DNA of 64,000 bases from assembly GCA_963744145.1 (NCBI GenBank), contig CAVUSO010000001.1:2496001-2560000 (forward strand), written 5' to 3'. This document shows positions 11,094 to 22,000 of this stretch, in pieces. Both the position numbers and the translations under genes were made by a program. The DNA is from an uncultured cyanobacterium (GTDB lineage: Bacteria; Cyanobacteriota; Cyanobacteriia; Cyanobacteriales; CAWUOF01). Numbering within the stretch: the stretch's first letter is position 1; the number at the start of each line of letters is the position of its first letter. Below the pieces are notes generated by a model. It was not told the DNA's origin. It did no database searches and saw only the letters and a list, made by a program, of their open reading frames with translations.

Positions 11094-12587
11094 TTAAGTT
11101 TTGCTCTGATTTGCTAGTTTGAGCGCGGTCAGTTGGGCTTCAGCTTTGTGAAGGGATTCGTGCCATTCCCTCTCTGGATCACTATCGGTGACAATTCCTG
11201 CACCTACTTGACCCCAGACTGTGGCTAGACCTGATGGCTGACTTTTAAATAATAAGGTCCGAATCAGGATGTTTAAGTCCAAATTCCCACGCCAGTCTAA
11301 GTAACCACAAGAACCATAAAATAAATTGCGTCTGACTGGTTCTAATTCTTCGATAATTTCTAGACAACGGATTTTTGGACAACCTGTGATGGTGCCACCG
11401 GGAAACATGGCACGGATTAAGTCGATGCTGTTGTAATCGGGACGGACAGTGCCAATGATGTTACTCACTAGGTGCATGACATGACTATAACGTTCGATGA
11501 TTAAGAGTTCATCGACTTTGACTGACCCTGATTCGCAGACCCGTCCTAAGTCGTTGCGTTCTAAGTCCACTAGCATGATGTGTTCAGCTTTTTCTTTGGT
11601 ATTGACCATCAGCTCTTGGGCGAGTTGTTGATCTTGTAATGGTGTTTTTCCCCGCGATCGCGTGCCCGCAATGGGTCTGGTTTTCGCTTTTTTGCCTTGG
11701 AGGTGAACTAATCTTTCTGGTGAACAGCTAATCAGATCTCCCCAGGGGGTTTGCCAATAACTAGCAAAGGGGGAAGGGTTAATTTGTTGCAATGCTCGAT
11801 AAATTGCCCAACTGTTGCTGCTGGTTTCTGTTTCAAAACGTAGGGAAAGGTTAGCTTGAAAAATATCACCCCTTAAGATATAATTTTTAACCTGTCTGAC
11901 CATCCGTTCATATTCAGCTTGTTGGGTGTGGAAAGTAGGGACAATTTTGTTAGTTTGCCAATTCTCTCCTAATTTTTCACTACTTTGACTTCTACTAAAA
12001 CTCTCTAGTTGCTTTTCTAATTGTTCTAGTTGATGTTCAGCACTGGTTGCTAACCACAGAGTTTGTTCCCAATGGTCGAGGACGGCAAAACATTCTGGTT
12101 CATACCAGTACGCGACCGGAAAAGGTAAGTTATCGGATTTGAGATTTGGTAGTTTTTCGATTTCCCACGCTAGATCGTAACCTAACCAACCTAACCAACC
12201 ACCGGTAAAAGGTAGGTTATAATGATTTTTAGGTTGCTCTTGACAAAAATATTTATATGTGCTAAGTGAAGCAAATGGAGATGCTGGAGGTCGTTGGTAG
12301 CTGACTGTCCCATTTTTCCAGAGTTGGTTCAAAAAAGGCAGAATTTGGCCAACTGGTGGAGTCCATAGCTGGGGTTGGTTATCGATCACTCGCGGTCTTC
12401 CAGCACAGATTGAGTAGCGAGCTAATTCGGGGTTAGGTGTAGGATGGGGGCTTTCTAATAAAGTGGCGATCGCTGGAAGTGAATGACCTGGATGATGAGG
12501 TTGACGGAAAAGAGCCGCAAAGATTTGAGAACCACTACGGTTATTTAATGATTGCGATCGCCAATGCCAAGGTTGAATAGGTTTCAT
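11094..12587 (-). CDS. Anthranilate synthase component I family (TrpE/PabB-like; probably aminodeoxychorismate synthase subunit)
   Basis: LLES, GDIFQANLS, NPSPFAS, SPER, PIAGT, EHIMLVDLERNDLG; SPFAS rather than the TrpE SPYM motif favours PabB-like. Confidence 0.85.
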   Translation of the reverse strand: MKPIQPWHWRSQSLNNRSGSQIFAALFRQPHHPGHSLPAIATLLESPHPTPNPELARYSICAGRPRVIDNQPQLWTPPVGQILPFLNQLWKNGTVSYQRPPASPFASLSTYKYFCQEQPKNHYNLPFTGGWLGWLGYDLAWEIEKLPNLKSDNLPFPVAYWYEPECFAVLDHWEQTLWLATSAEHQLEQLEKQLESFSRSQSSEKLGENWQTNKIVPTFHTQQAEYERMVRQVKNYILRGDIFQANLSLRFETETSSNSWAIYRALQQINPSPFASYWQTPWGDLISCSPERLVHLQGKKAKTRPIAGTRSRGKTPLQDQQLAQELMVNTKEKAEHIMLVDLERNDLGRVCESGSVKVDELLIIERYSHVMHLVSNIIGTVRPDYNSIDLIRAMFPGGTITGCPKIRCLEIIEELEPVRRNLFYGSCGYLDWRGNLDLNILIRTLLFKSQPSGLATVWGQVGAGIVTDSDPEREWHESLHKAEAQLTALKLANQSKT

Positions 12588-12695
12588 CAGTTCAGTGTTT
12601 ATCAGTTATTCTGTCCATTTCAGCTTAAACTGGAGATAATTTGCAGCTCAATTGTGATGAAACCAAAATTTTTGGCACTAAGCTTAACTATTATT

Positions 12696-12899
12696 TTATG
12701 AGTTGATTTCGGTTGATGTTATCCTGACCCAACCACGACGAATGCTGTATTGTAATCTTTTCAGTAATTTTTGTCCCTCTGGATCAAGATCAATCAGGTT
12801 TGCTCCCATCACTATTTCATACTGCTCTGAGGTTAGAGTAAAGTAATGTCCAGCATCAAACAGGATCTTATTTAGAGTTTTATGGGAATCTGTCACCAT
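12696..12899 (-). CDS. Small hypothetical cyanobacterial protein
   Basis: ATG at 12899 with GAGG upstream; C-terminal LKRLQYSIRRGWVRI resembles small conserved cyanobacterial proteins. Confidence 0.55.
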   Translation of the reverse strand: MVTDSHKTLNKILFDAGHYFTLTSEQYEIVMGANLIDLDPEGQKLLKRLQYSIRRGWVRITSTEINS

Positions 12900-13070
12900 C
12901 TTATTTAACCTCAACTTAACTATTTTATCATCTTGGCAAAACCATAAATTTGCGATGATCTGCATAGATTAAGTGAGTGATGTTTATCCTCGACCCAAGA
13001 GATCGGAGAGGAAACTTATTGTGATCAAGATCATGATGAGTAATCTTACTGTTTAACTAGATCACGTCAA

Positions 13071-13337
13071 TTGTTGGTTTTAGATGAAGCTTTTGCTGGG
13101 GTTGATATTCAAAGAGAAATAGATTTTTATCATTTATTAAATAAATTAAAACCTGAGTATGGTTGGACGGTGTTACAAGTTTCTCACGATTTGGATGTAG
13201 TTAGTAAACAAGGCGATCGCGTGATTTGTCTGAATCAAACTATTGTTGGCTCTGGTCAACCAGATATTGCGCTTTCACCCCAAAATTTATTAAATACTTA
13301 CCGTCCAACTTTTAGTCATTACCATCATCACGATTAA
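13071..13337 (+). pseudogene. C-terminal fragment of a Zn/Mn ABC transporter ATPase (ZnuC/MntA-like)
   Basis: Begins at Walker B (LVLDEAFAGVD); has the H-loop VSHDL and a His-rich tail; Walker A and signature motif are absent. Confidence 0.8.
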
Positions 13338-13347
13338 CTATCCAAAT

Positions 13348-14076
13348 ATGACTCGACCAACATCAGGAATCCAACTCTATCTCCAAAGATTAGCAGCATT
13401 AAATGCTAGTGATATTTATACTCGTTTACCTAATGATAGCTTTGCATTAGATTGGTTAAACACTAATAAAGAACCTCCGACTTATCAAGAATGGATTAAT
13501 TTATTAACAAAGGAAGCTCACGCGATCTCCAAATTACAAGATGATCAGCGTCTGATCATCTTGCTGGGGGATTCGATCAGCTTGTGGTTTCCTCCCGATT
13601 TACTCCCCACCCAGCGGTTATGGTTAAATCAAGGAATTTCTGGAGATACAATAGCAGGTATTCTGAGAAGGTTATCAGTTTTTGACCAAACTAGACCAAA
13701 TGCAATTTATATTCTCGCTGGTGTTAATGATCTAAAAAATTGTGTCAGCGATCGCACGATTCTCAAGAATTACCGCGAATGTTTGCTCAAATTACACCAC
13801 AATCATCCGCAAACTCAACTAATTGTGCAATCAATTTTACCAACAGATTTACCTAGTCAGATTTTAACGATGAAAATTCCTAATAGTAGAATTAATCAGC
13901 TTAATCAACAGCTAAGAGAATTAGCGAATCAAGAAAATGCTAGCTATTTGGAACTTCATTCTCACTTTCTAGATCAAGCAGGTAAATTAAAACCAGAACT
14001 AACTACAGATGGACTTCATCTTAATTATCAAGGATATAAAATTTGGCAATGGATTTTAGCACAAACAGAATCGTGA
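13348..14076 (+). CDS. SGNH/GDSL hydrolase
   Basis: GDSI, NQGISGD, AGVND and DGLH blocks. Confidence 0.88.
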   Translation: MTRPTSGIQLYLQRLAALNASDIYTRLPNDSFALDWLNTNKEPPTYQEWINLLTKEAHAISKLQDDQRLIILLGDSISLWFPPDLLPTQRLWLNQGISGDTIAGILRRLSVFDQTRPNAIYILAGVNDLKNCVSDRTILKNYRECLLKLHHNHPQTQLIVQSILPTDLPSQILTMKIPNSRINQLNQQLRELANQENASYLELHSHFLDQAGKLKPELTTDGLHLNYQGYKIWQWILAQTES

Positions 14077-14294
14077 TCAAAAACAATCTAAGTTCTCCTG
14101 TTTTAGTTGTTAATCAAACTATTGATATTCCGACCCAGTTAAGTTAAAGAAAATCTATTTCGGTTCCAAGTTAATCGGTACATCTTTTTAGCCCAATTCC
14201 TCGCGAGTTAGCGATCGCCCATTTTCTAGTTTGGGGGTGGATAAGTCCTCGTCCCAACTCCTTTTCACCAAAATGTTAAGTTTTGTTAAGCAAG

Positions 14295-14313
14295 TGAGGG
14301 GTATCACCCCTCA
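14295..14313. promoter_or_regulatory. HetR-type inverted repeat, copy 1
   Basis: TGAGGGGTATCACCCCTCA; same arms as the hetP HetR site GAGGGGTCTAACCCCTC as recalled (GGG-N5-CCC core); TATATT -10 at 14319-14324. Confidence 0.7.
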
Positions 14314-14332
14314 TAGGGTATATTACTAATAT

Positions 14333-14377
14333 GTAGATGCACCCTGATGGACACGCCCAGTTTTTTGGGCGTTTTTT
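14333..14377 (+). ncRNA. NsiR1-like small RNA, copy 1 (~45 nt)
   Basis: -10 box, then GTAGATGCACCCTGATG, then terminator ACGCCCA-GTTTTT-TGGGCGT-TTTTT; duplicated at 14498. Confidence 0.65.
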
Positions 14378-14455
14378 ATTTTTGGGGCATAAATATCTAG
14401 TTAATCTTGATCTTAAGTCCCACTGATGGCAATATGTAAATTTTTGTGAATCAGT

Positions 14456-14476
14456 ATGAGGGGTTTCACCCCTCAT
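14456..14476. promoter_or_regulatory. HetR-type inverted repeat, copy 2
   Basis: ATGAGGGGTTTCACCCCTCAT with perfect 9-bp arms; extended -10 TGcTATAGT at 14479-14487. Confidence 0.7.
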
Positions 14477-14497
14477 CATGCTATAGTAAATATCAAT

Positions 14498-14542
14498 GTA
14501 GATGCACCCTGATGAACACGCCCCGATTTGTGGGCGTTTTTT
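14498..14542 (+). ncRNA. NsiR1-like small RNA, copy 2 (~45 nt)
   Basis: GTAGATGCACCCTGATG identical to copy 1; terminator ACGCCC-CGATTTGT-GGGCGT-TTTTT with conserved stem and changed loop. Confidence 0.65.
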
Positions 14543-14783
14543 GTTTTTGGGGTATAAATAATGTATTCAGCCATTAATTAAGAGGGACATACTTGGACTT
14601 TGGGGACTGAGTTAGTCGAAGTAATCAAAATCTGGAAGTATAAAGTAAAATAAGATTGCCCACATAATTTTTGGATTTTCTGGCTGATTGAGAGCAAATA
14701 TGCCAAAAAATAAGGTAGTTTGGAGCGTTCAGATCGTCCAATTAAAGGAATCTGCTGAAAATTAGGTCGGGAAATTGTCAAGC

Positions 14784-15623
14784 ATGATCAAGCAAATTAG
14801 TCAAACACCCATCAGTTTCTTTGCTGGTGCCACCTATCCCTGTCAAGCTTTCGTCATTCTTAGTAGTAACCCCCGTCTTTGGGGCTATGTCATCCTGCCC
14901 ATTTTAGTAAATCTAGTGGTTGGGATTGGTCTTTATGTCGCTTTGCTATTTCCGAGCTTGGCTGGAATTGATACTCTAGTTGTCAATTTAGAGGTTAAAA
15001 TCAATAACTTAATCACTGGTCTACCTGCTTGGTTAATGCTCTTCGACTATTTGGCCGTAGGATTAGGTTGGTTGTTAAGATTAATTTTAGTGACTGGGTT
15101 ATTATTAGCGATCGGTTTTTTGTTAGTCCAATTTGGGGTAGTGTTGGGGGCTCATTGGTATGGTCAACTGTCTGAGCAACTGGAAGAAATTCGCACTGGT
15201 AAACTGCCAAAAATACCATCAAATAGTATTAAGGCAATTTTTGAAGATCTGAGTAGAGCGTTGTCATTTGAGGTAAAAAAATTACTGCTCGGCCTGCAAA
15301 TTGGGATACCATTACTATTAATCAATTTCCTGCCTGGACTTGGTTCGGCGATCGCGAGTATTGGTGGAGTTATTTTAGGTGCAACGTTGATTTGTCTAGA
15401 TTTTTTAGATGCTCCTTTAGAAAGACGAAGGCTAGAATTTCGGGAAAAATTAAAGATGATTCGTCAGAGTTTACCAGCTAGTGCCAGTTTTGGTTTAGTT
15501 TGTCTAGGTTTAAATAGTATTCCGATTCTAAATTTACTCACCATTCCTTTATGTGTAGCTGCCGGGACGTTGTTTTTTTGCGATCGCATTGCGCCAATTG
15601 TTGATGATCCGACCAGTAAATAA
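14784..15623 (+). CDS. EI24/CysZ-like membrane protein
   Basis: Multiple TM helices; WYGQLSEQLE and CLDFLDAPLERRRL motifs of cyanobacterial EI24-domain proteins. Confidence 0.75.
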   Translation: MIKQISQTPISFFAGATYPCQAFVILSSNPRLWGYVILPILVNLVVGIGLYVALLFPSLAGIDTLVVNLEVKINNLITGLPAWLMLFDYLAVGLGWLLRLILVTGLLLAIGFLLVQFGVVLGAHWYGQLSEQLEEIRTGKLPKIPSNSIKAIFEDLSRALSFEVKKLLLGLQIGIPLLLINFLPGLGSAIASIGGVILGATLICLDFLDAPLERRRLEFREKLKMIRQSLPASASFGLVCLGLNSIPILNLLTIPLCVAAGTLFFCDRIAPIVDDPTSK

Positions 15624-15674
15624 CTGATTTTTACCAAGAATGTGATGCTGCCATCAACATAATGTGAATTTTAT

Positions 15675-15749
15675 GTAGGGGTGAAGCATTCCGGCAGATT
15701 CTGGGATGGCTCAGAACCAGTGATTTACGAGCGGAATGCGTCACACTAT
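15675..15749. repeat. Degenerate GTAG-type REP-like long hairpin
   Basis: GTAGGGGTGAAGCATTCC ... GGAATGCGTCACACTA, same family as 24473 and 43416. Confidence 0.65.
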
Positions 15750-16040
15750 GCGAACACCCTGCTGCTGCTGCGTCCATGAATGCTAATTATTTGAGACATA
15801 GTGGCCAGATGATCGCCATCAGGAAAAAAAATACTTTTTACTGGACTAGCACTCTAGACATATTGCCTGATTTAGGTTCTAATAAGAGATATATTCCCAG
15901 TCCTGCGGGAAAAATTAAATAAAATCATAGTGGCCAAAAAATGCGACTATGTAGCCCACTACCTAATTACTACAGAAGTTAGTTTGATGGGAAGAAATGG
16001 GGCTTTGAGTTAATGTAAGTTAGGTAAAAATAATAAAAGG

Positions 16041-19000
16041 GTGAGCAAAATGCAGAGGTTAATAACAGCATTATTAAGAATATTATCTACAGAAATTACA
16101 TTCTTTAAAAGCAATAAAGGTAATACTAATATTAGTAATCCGGCTGATCCAATTCCTGTTATTAATCAGAATCAGGATAATTCTTCAAACACTAATACTA
16201 ATATTAGTAAGCCTGCCGATCCAATTCCTGTTATTAATCAGAATCAGGATGATTCTTCAAAGTCTTCATCGGTTCAGCCAACTATCTCTAGTGGGGTGAA
16301 TAGCAATTATCAAATCCAACAGGAAATCTACGAGGGAGTGAAAATTGCCTATCCGCAAATCAGTCAGTTAGGTAATGACCAGATTGAGCAGAAGATTAAT
16401 ACTTTAATCAAGAAGGATGCTTTAAGTGTATTAGATGGGTATCAAGGGAATTTACACCAGCTCATATTAGATTTAAAGTATGAAGTGAAATACCAAGGTA
16501 GTGATTTTTTAAGTATCAAGTATTTAGGTTTTGCTTCTAAAAAAGGAGCCGCCTATCTCAGTAATGTGATTTACACGACCACGATTGATTTATCCCAGCA
16601 AAAGGTGGTAGCATTAAAGGAATTAGTCACAGTAGATGACAATTTTGTTGAGAAATTCAATGCTGGAAAATATGTCCCTTATAGCGCCTCATCAGATTTA
16701 CAAACTCAAGCAATTCTAGAACGTGCTAAGGGGGAAAGTAATCAGTCGATTAAAGAAAGGTTGAATGATGAGCAGGCTAAGTATTATTTGACAGGAAATT
16801 CTCTCGTAGTTAGTAGTGAGGTGATCCATGCCCTCGGAGATCACTTTGAACTAGAATTAGATTATCCAGTGACTCCATCGGTTCAATCAACTGTCGCCGG
16901 TACCCTCAATAGTAATTATCAAATCCAACAGGAAATCTATGAGGGAGTGAAAATTGCCTATCCGCAAATCAGTCAGTTAGGTAATGACCAGATTGAGCAG
17001 AAGATTAATACTTTAATCAAGAAGGATGCTTTAAGTGTATTAGATGGGTATCAAGGGAATTTACACCAGCTCATATTAGATTTAAAGTATGAAGTGAAAT
17101 ATCAGGGTAGTGATTTTTTAAGTATCAAGTATTTAGGTTTTGCTTCTAAAAAAGGAGCAGCTTATCTCAGTAATGTGATTTACACGACCACGATTGATTT
17201 AGCCCAGCAAAAGGTGGTAGCATTAAAGGAATTAGTCACGGTAGATGACAATTTTGTCGAGAAATTCAATGGGGGGAAATATGTCCCTTATAGCGCATCG
17301 TCGGATTTACAAACTCAAGCAATCCTAGAGCGTGCTAAGACGGAAAGTAATCAGTCGATTAAAGAAAGGTTTAATAATGATCAGGCTAAGTATTATCTGA
17401 CGGGAAGTTCTCTCGTAGTTAGTAGTGAGGTGATCCATGCACTTGGGGATCACTTTGAACTAGAATTGGATTATCCTGTGATTCCATCGGTTCAACCAAC
17501 TGTCGCCGGTACCCTCAATAGTAATTATCAAATCCAACAGGAAATCTATGAGGGAGTGAAAATTGCCTATCCGCAAATCAGTCAGTTAGGTAATGACCAG
17601 ATTGAGCAGAAGATTAATACTTTAATCAAGAAGGATGCTTTAAGTGTATTAGATGGGTATCAAGGGAATTTACACCAGCTCATATTAGATTTAAAGTATG
17701 AAGTGAAATATCAAGGTAGTGATTTTTTAAGTATCAAGTATTTAGGCTTTGCTTCTAAAAAAGGAGCAGCTTATCTGAGTAATGTGATTTACACTACCAC
17801 GATTGATTTAGCCCAGCAAAAGGTGGTAGCATTAAAGGAATTAGTCACAGTAGATGACAATTTTGTCGAGAAATTCAATGGGGGGAAATATGTCCCTTAT
17901 AGTGCATCGTCGGATTTACAAACTCAAGCAATCCTAGAGCGTGCTAAGACTGAAAGTAATCAGTCGATTAAAGAAAGGTTGAATAATGATCAGGCTAAGT
18001 ATTATCTGACGGGAAATTCGCTCGTAGTCAGTAGTGAGGTGATCCACGCTCTGGGAGATCACTTTGAACTAGAATTAGATTATCCAGTGACTCCATCTGT
18101 TCAACCAACTGTCACCGGTCCACTCAATAGTAATTATCAAATCCAACAGGAAATTTATGAGGGAGTGAAAATTGCCTATCCGCAAATTAGCCAGTTAGGT
18201 AATGACCAGATTGAGCAAAAGATTAATACTTTAATCAAGAAGGATGCTTTAAGTGTATTAGATGGATATCAAGGGAATTTACACCATCTCATATTAGATT
18301 TAAAGTATGAAGTGAAATACCAAGGTAGTGACTTCTTAAGTATCAAATATGTAGGTTTTGCTTCTAAAAAAGGAGCAGCTTATCTCAGTAATGTGATTTA
18401 CACCACCACAATTGATTTAGCCCAGCAAAAGGTGGTAGCATTAAAGGAATTAGTCACGGTAGATGACAATTTTGTCGAGAAATTCAATGGGGGGAAATAT
18501 GTCCCTTATAGTGCATCGTCGGATTTACAAACTCAAGCAATTCTAGAGCGTGCTAAGACGGAAAGTAATCAGTCGATTAAAGAAAGGTTGAATAATGATC
18601 AGGCTAAGTATTATCTGACGGGAAGTTCTCTCGTAGTTAGTAGTGAGGTGATCCATGCCCTCGGAGATCACTTTGAACTAGAATTAGATTATCCAGTGGC
18701 TCCATCCGTTCAACCAACTGTCACCGGTCCACTCAATAGTAATTATCAAATCCAACAGGAAATCTATGAGGGAGTGAAAATTGCTTATCCGCAAATTAGT
18801 CAGTTAGGTAATGACCAGATTGAGCAGAAGATTAATACTTTAATCAAGAAGGATGCTTTAAGTGTATTAGATGGGTATCAAGGGAATTTACACCAGCTCA
18901 TATTAGATTTAAAGTATGAAGTGAAATATCAAGGTAGTGACTTTTTAAGCATTAAGTATTTAGGTTTTGCTTCTAAAAAAGGAGCAGCTTATCTCAGTAA

Positions 19001-22000
19001 TGTGATTTACACCACCACGATTGATTTAGCCCAGCAAAAGGTGGTAGCATTAAAGGAATTAGTCACGGTAGATGACAATTTTGTCGAGAAATTCAATGGG
19101 GGGAAATATGTCCCTTATAGTGCATCGTCGGATTTACAAACTCAAGCAATTCTAGAACGTGCTAAAGCAGAAAGTAATCAGTCGATTAAAGAAAGGTTGA
19201 ATGATGAGCAAGCTAAGTATTATCTGACGGGAAATTCTCTCGTAGTTAGTAGTGAGGTGATCCATGCTCTGGGAGATCACTTTGAACTAGAATTAGATTA
19301 TCCAGTGGCTCCATCCGTTCAACCAACTGTCACCGGTCCACTCAATAGTAATTATCAAATCCAACAGGAAATCTATGAGGGAGTGAAAATTGCTTATCCG
19401 CAAATTAGTCAGTTAGGTAATGACCAGATTGAGCAGAAGATTAATACTTTAATCAAGAAGGATGCTTTAAGTGTATTAGATGGGTATCAAGGGAATTTAC
19501 ACCATCTCATATTAGATTTAAAGTATGAAGTGAAATATCAAGGTAGTGACTTTTTAAGTATCAAGTATTTAGGTTTTGCTTCTAAAAAAGGAGCAGCTTA
19601 TCTCAGTAATGTGATTTACACTACCACGATTGATTTAGCCCAGCAAAAGGTGGTAGCTTTAAAGGAATTAGTCACGGTAGATGACAATTTTGTCGAGAAA
19701 TTCAATGGGGGGAAATATGTCCCTTATAGTGCATCGTCGGATTTACAAACTCAAGCAATTCTAGAACGTGCTAAAGCAGAAAGTAATCAGTCGATTAAAG
19801 AAAGGTTGAATGATGAGCATGCTAAGTATTATCTGACGGGAAATTCGCTCGTAGTTAGTAGTGAGGTGATCCACGCCCTCGGAGATCACTTTGAACTAGA
19901 ATTAGATTATCCAGTGACTCCATCTGTTCAACCAAGTGTCACCGGTCCACTCAATAGTAATTATCAAATCCAACAGGAAATTTATGAGGGAGTGAAAATT
20001 ACCTATCCGCAAATTAGCCAGTTAGGTAATGACCAGATTGAGCAAAAGATTAATACTTTAATCAAGAAGGATGCTTTAAGTGTATTAGATGGATATCATG
20101 GGAATTTACACCATCTCATATTAGATTTAAAGTATGAAGTGAAATACCAAGGTAGTGACTTCTTAAGTATTAAGTATTTAGGCTTTGCTTCTAAAAAAGG
20201 AGCCGCCTATCTGAGTAATGTAATTTACACTACCACGATTGATTTAGCCCAGCAAAAGGTGGTAGCATTAAAGGAATTAGTCACGGTAGATGACAATTTT
20301 GTCGAGAAATTCAATGCGGGGAAATATGTCCCTTATAGCGCCTCATCAGATTTACAAACTCAAGCAATTCTAGAGCGTGCTAAAGCAGAAAGTAATCAGT
20401 CGATTAAAGAAAGGTTGAATGATGAGCAAGCTAAGTATTATCTGACAGGAAATTCTCTCGTAGTTAGTAGTGAGGTGATCCATGCCCTGGGAGATCACTT
20501 TGAACTAGAATTAGATTATCCCGTGACTCCATCGGTTCAATCAACTGTCGCCGGTACCCTCAATAGTAATTATCAAATCCAACAGGAAATCTATGAGGGA
20601 GTGAAAATTGCCTATCCGCAAATTAGTCAGTTAGGTAATGACCAGCTTGAACGCAAGATTAATACTTTAATCAAGAAGGATGCTTTAAGTGTATTAGATG
20701 GGTATCAAGGGAATTTACACCAGCTCATATTAGATTTAAAGTATGAAGTGAAATATCAAGGTAGTGACTTTTTAAGCATCAAGTATTTAGGTTTTGCTTC
20801 TAAAAAAGGAGCCGCCTATCTGAGTAATGTGATTTACACTACCACGATTGATTTAGCCCAGCAAAAGGTGGTAGCTTTAAAGGAATTAGTCACGGTAGAT
20901 GATAATTTTGTTGAGAAATTCAATGGGGGGAAATATGTCCCTTATAGTGCCTCATCAGATTTACAAACTCAAGCAATTCTAGAGCGTGCTAAGGCGGAAA
21001 GTAATCAGTCGATTAAAGAAAGGTTTAATGATGATCAGGCTAAGTATTATCTGACGGGAAGTTCTCTCGTAGTTAGTAGTGAGGTGATCCATGCCCTCGG
21101 AGATCACTTTGAACTAGAATTGGATTATCCTGTGATTCCATCGGTTCAATCAACTGTTACCAGTACCCTCAATAGCAATTATCAAATCCAACAGGAAATC
21201 TACGAGGGAGTGAAAATTGCCTATCCGCAAATTAGTCAGTTAGGTAATGACCAGCTTGAACGCAAGATTAATACTTTAATCAAGAAGGATGCTTTAAGCA
21301 TATTAGATGGATATCAAGGGAATTTACACCAGCTCATATTAGATTTAAAGTATGAAGTGAAATACCAAGGTAGTGACTTTTTAAGTATCAAGTATTTAGG
21401 TTTTGCTTCTAAAAAAGGAGCCGCCTATCTCAGTAATGTGATTTACACCACCACGATTGATTTAGCCCAGCAAAAGGTGGTAGCATTAAAGGAATTAGTC
21501 ACGGTAGATGATAATTTTGTTGAGAAATTCAATGGGGGGAAATATGTCCCTTATAGCGCCTCATCAGATTTACAAACTCAAGCAATTCTAGAACGTGCTA
21601 AGGGGGAAAGTAATCAGTCGATTAAAGAAAGGTTGAATGATGAGCAGGCTAAGTATTATCTGACGGGAAATTCTCTCGTAGTTAGTAGTGAGGTGATCCA
21701 CGCCCTCGGAGATCACTTTGAACTAGAATTAGATTATCCAGTGGCTCCATCTGTTCAACCAACTGTCACCGGTCCACTCAATAGTAATTATCAAATCCAA
21801 CAGGAAATTTATGAGGGAGTGAAAATTGCCTATCCGCAAATTAGTCAGTTAGGTAATGACCAGCTTGAACGCAAGATTAATACTTTAATCAAGAAGGATG
21901 CTTTAAGTGTATTAGATGGATATCAAGGGAATTTACACCAGCTCATATTAGATTTAAAGTATGAAGTGAAATATCAGGGTAGTGACTTTTTAAGTATTAA

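Noticed and set aside
13020..13035. Second CRP-like site TGTGATCAAGATCATG
   Set aside because: Right arm has two mismatches (TCATG versus TCACA); too weak to call without conservation data
14276..14479. 67-aa minus-strand ORF, or a mini-CRISPR reading of the 14.3-14.5 kb repeats
   Set aside because: Only two units with promoter-seed-terminator anatomy on the plus strand; the ORF has no coding signature
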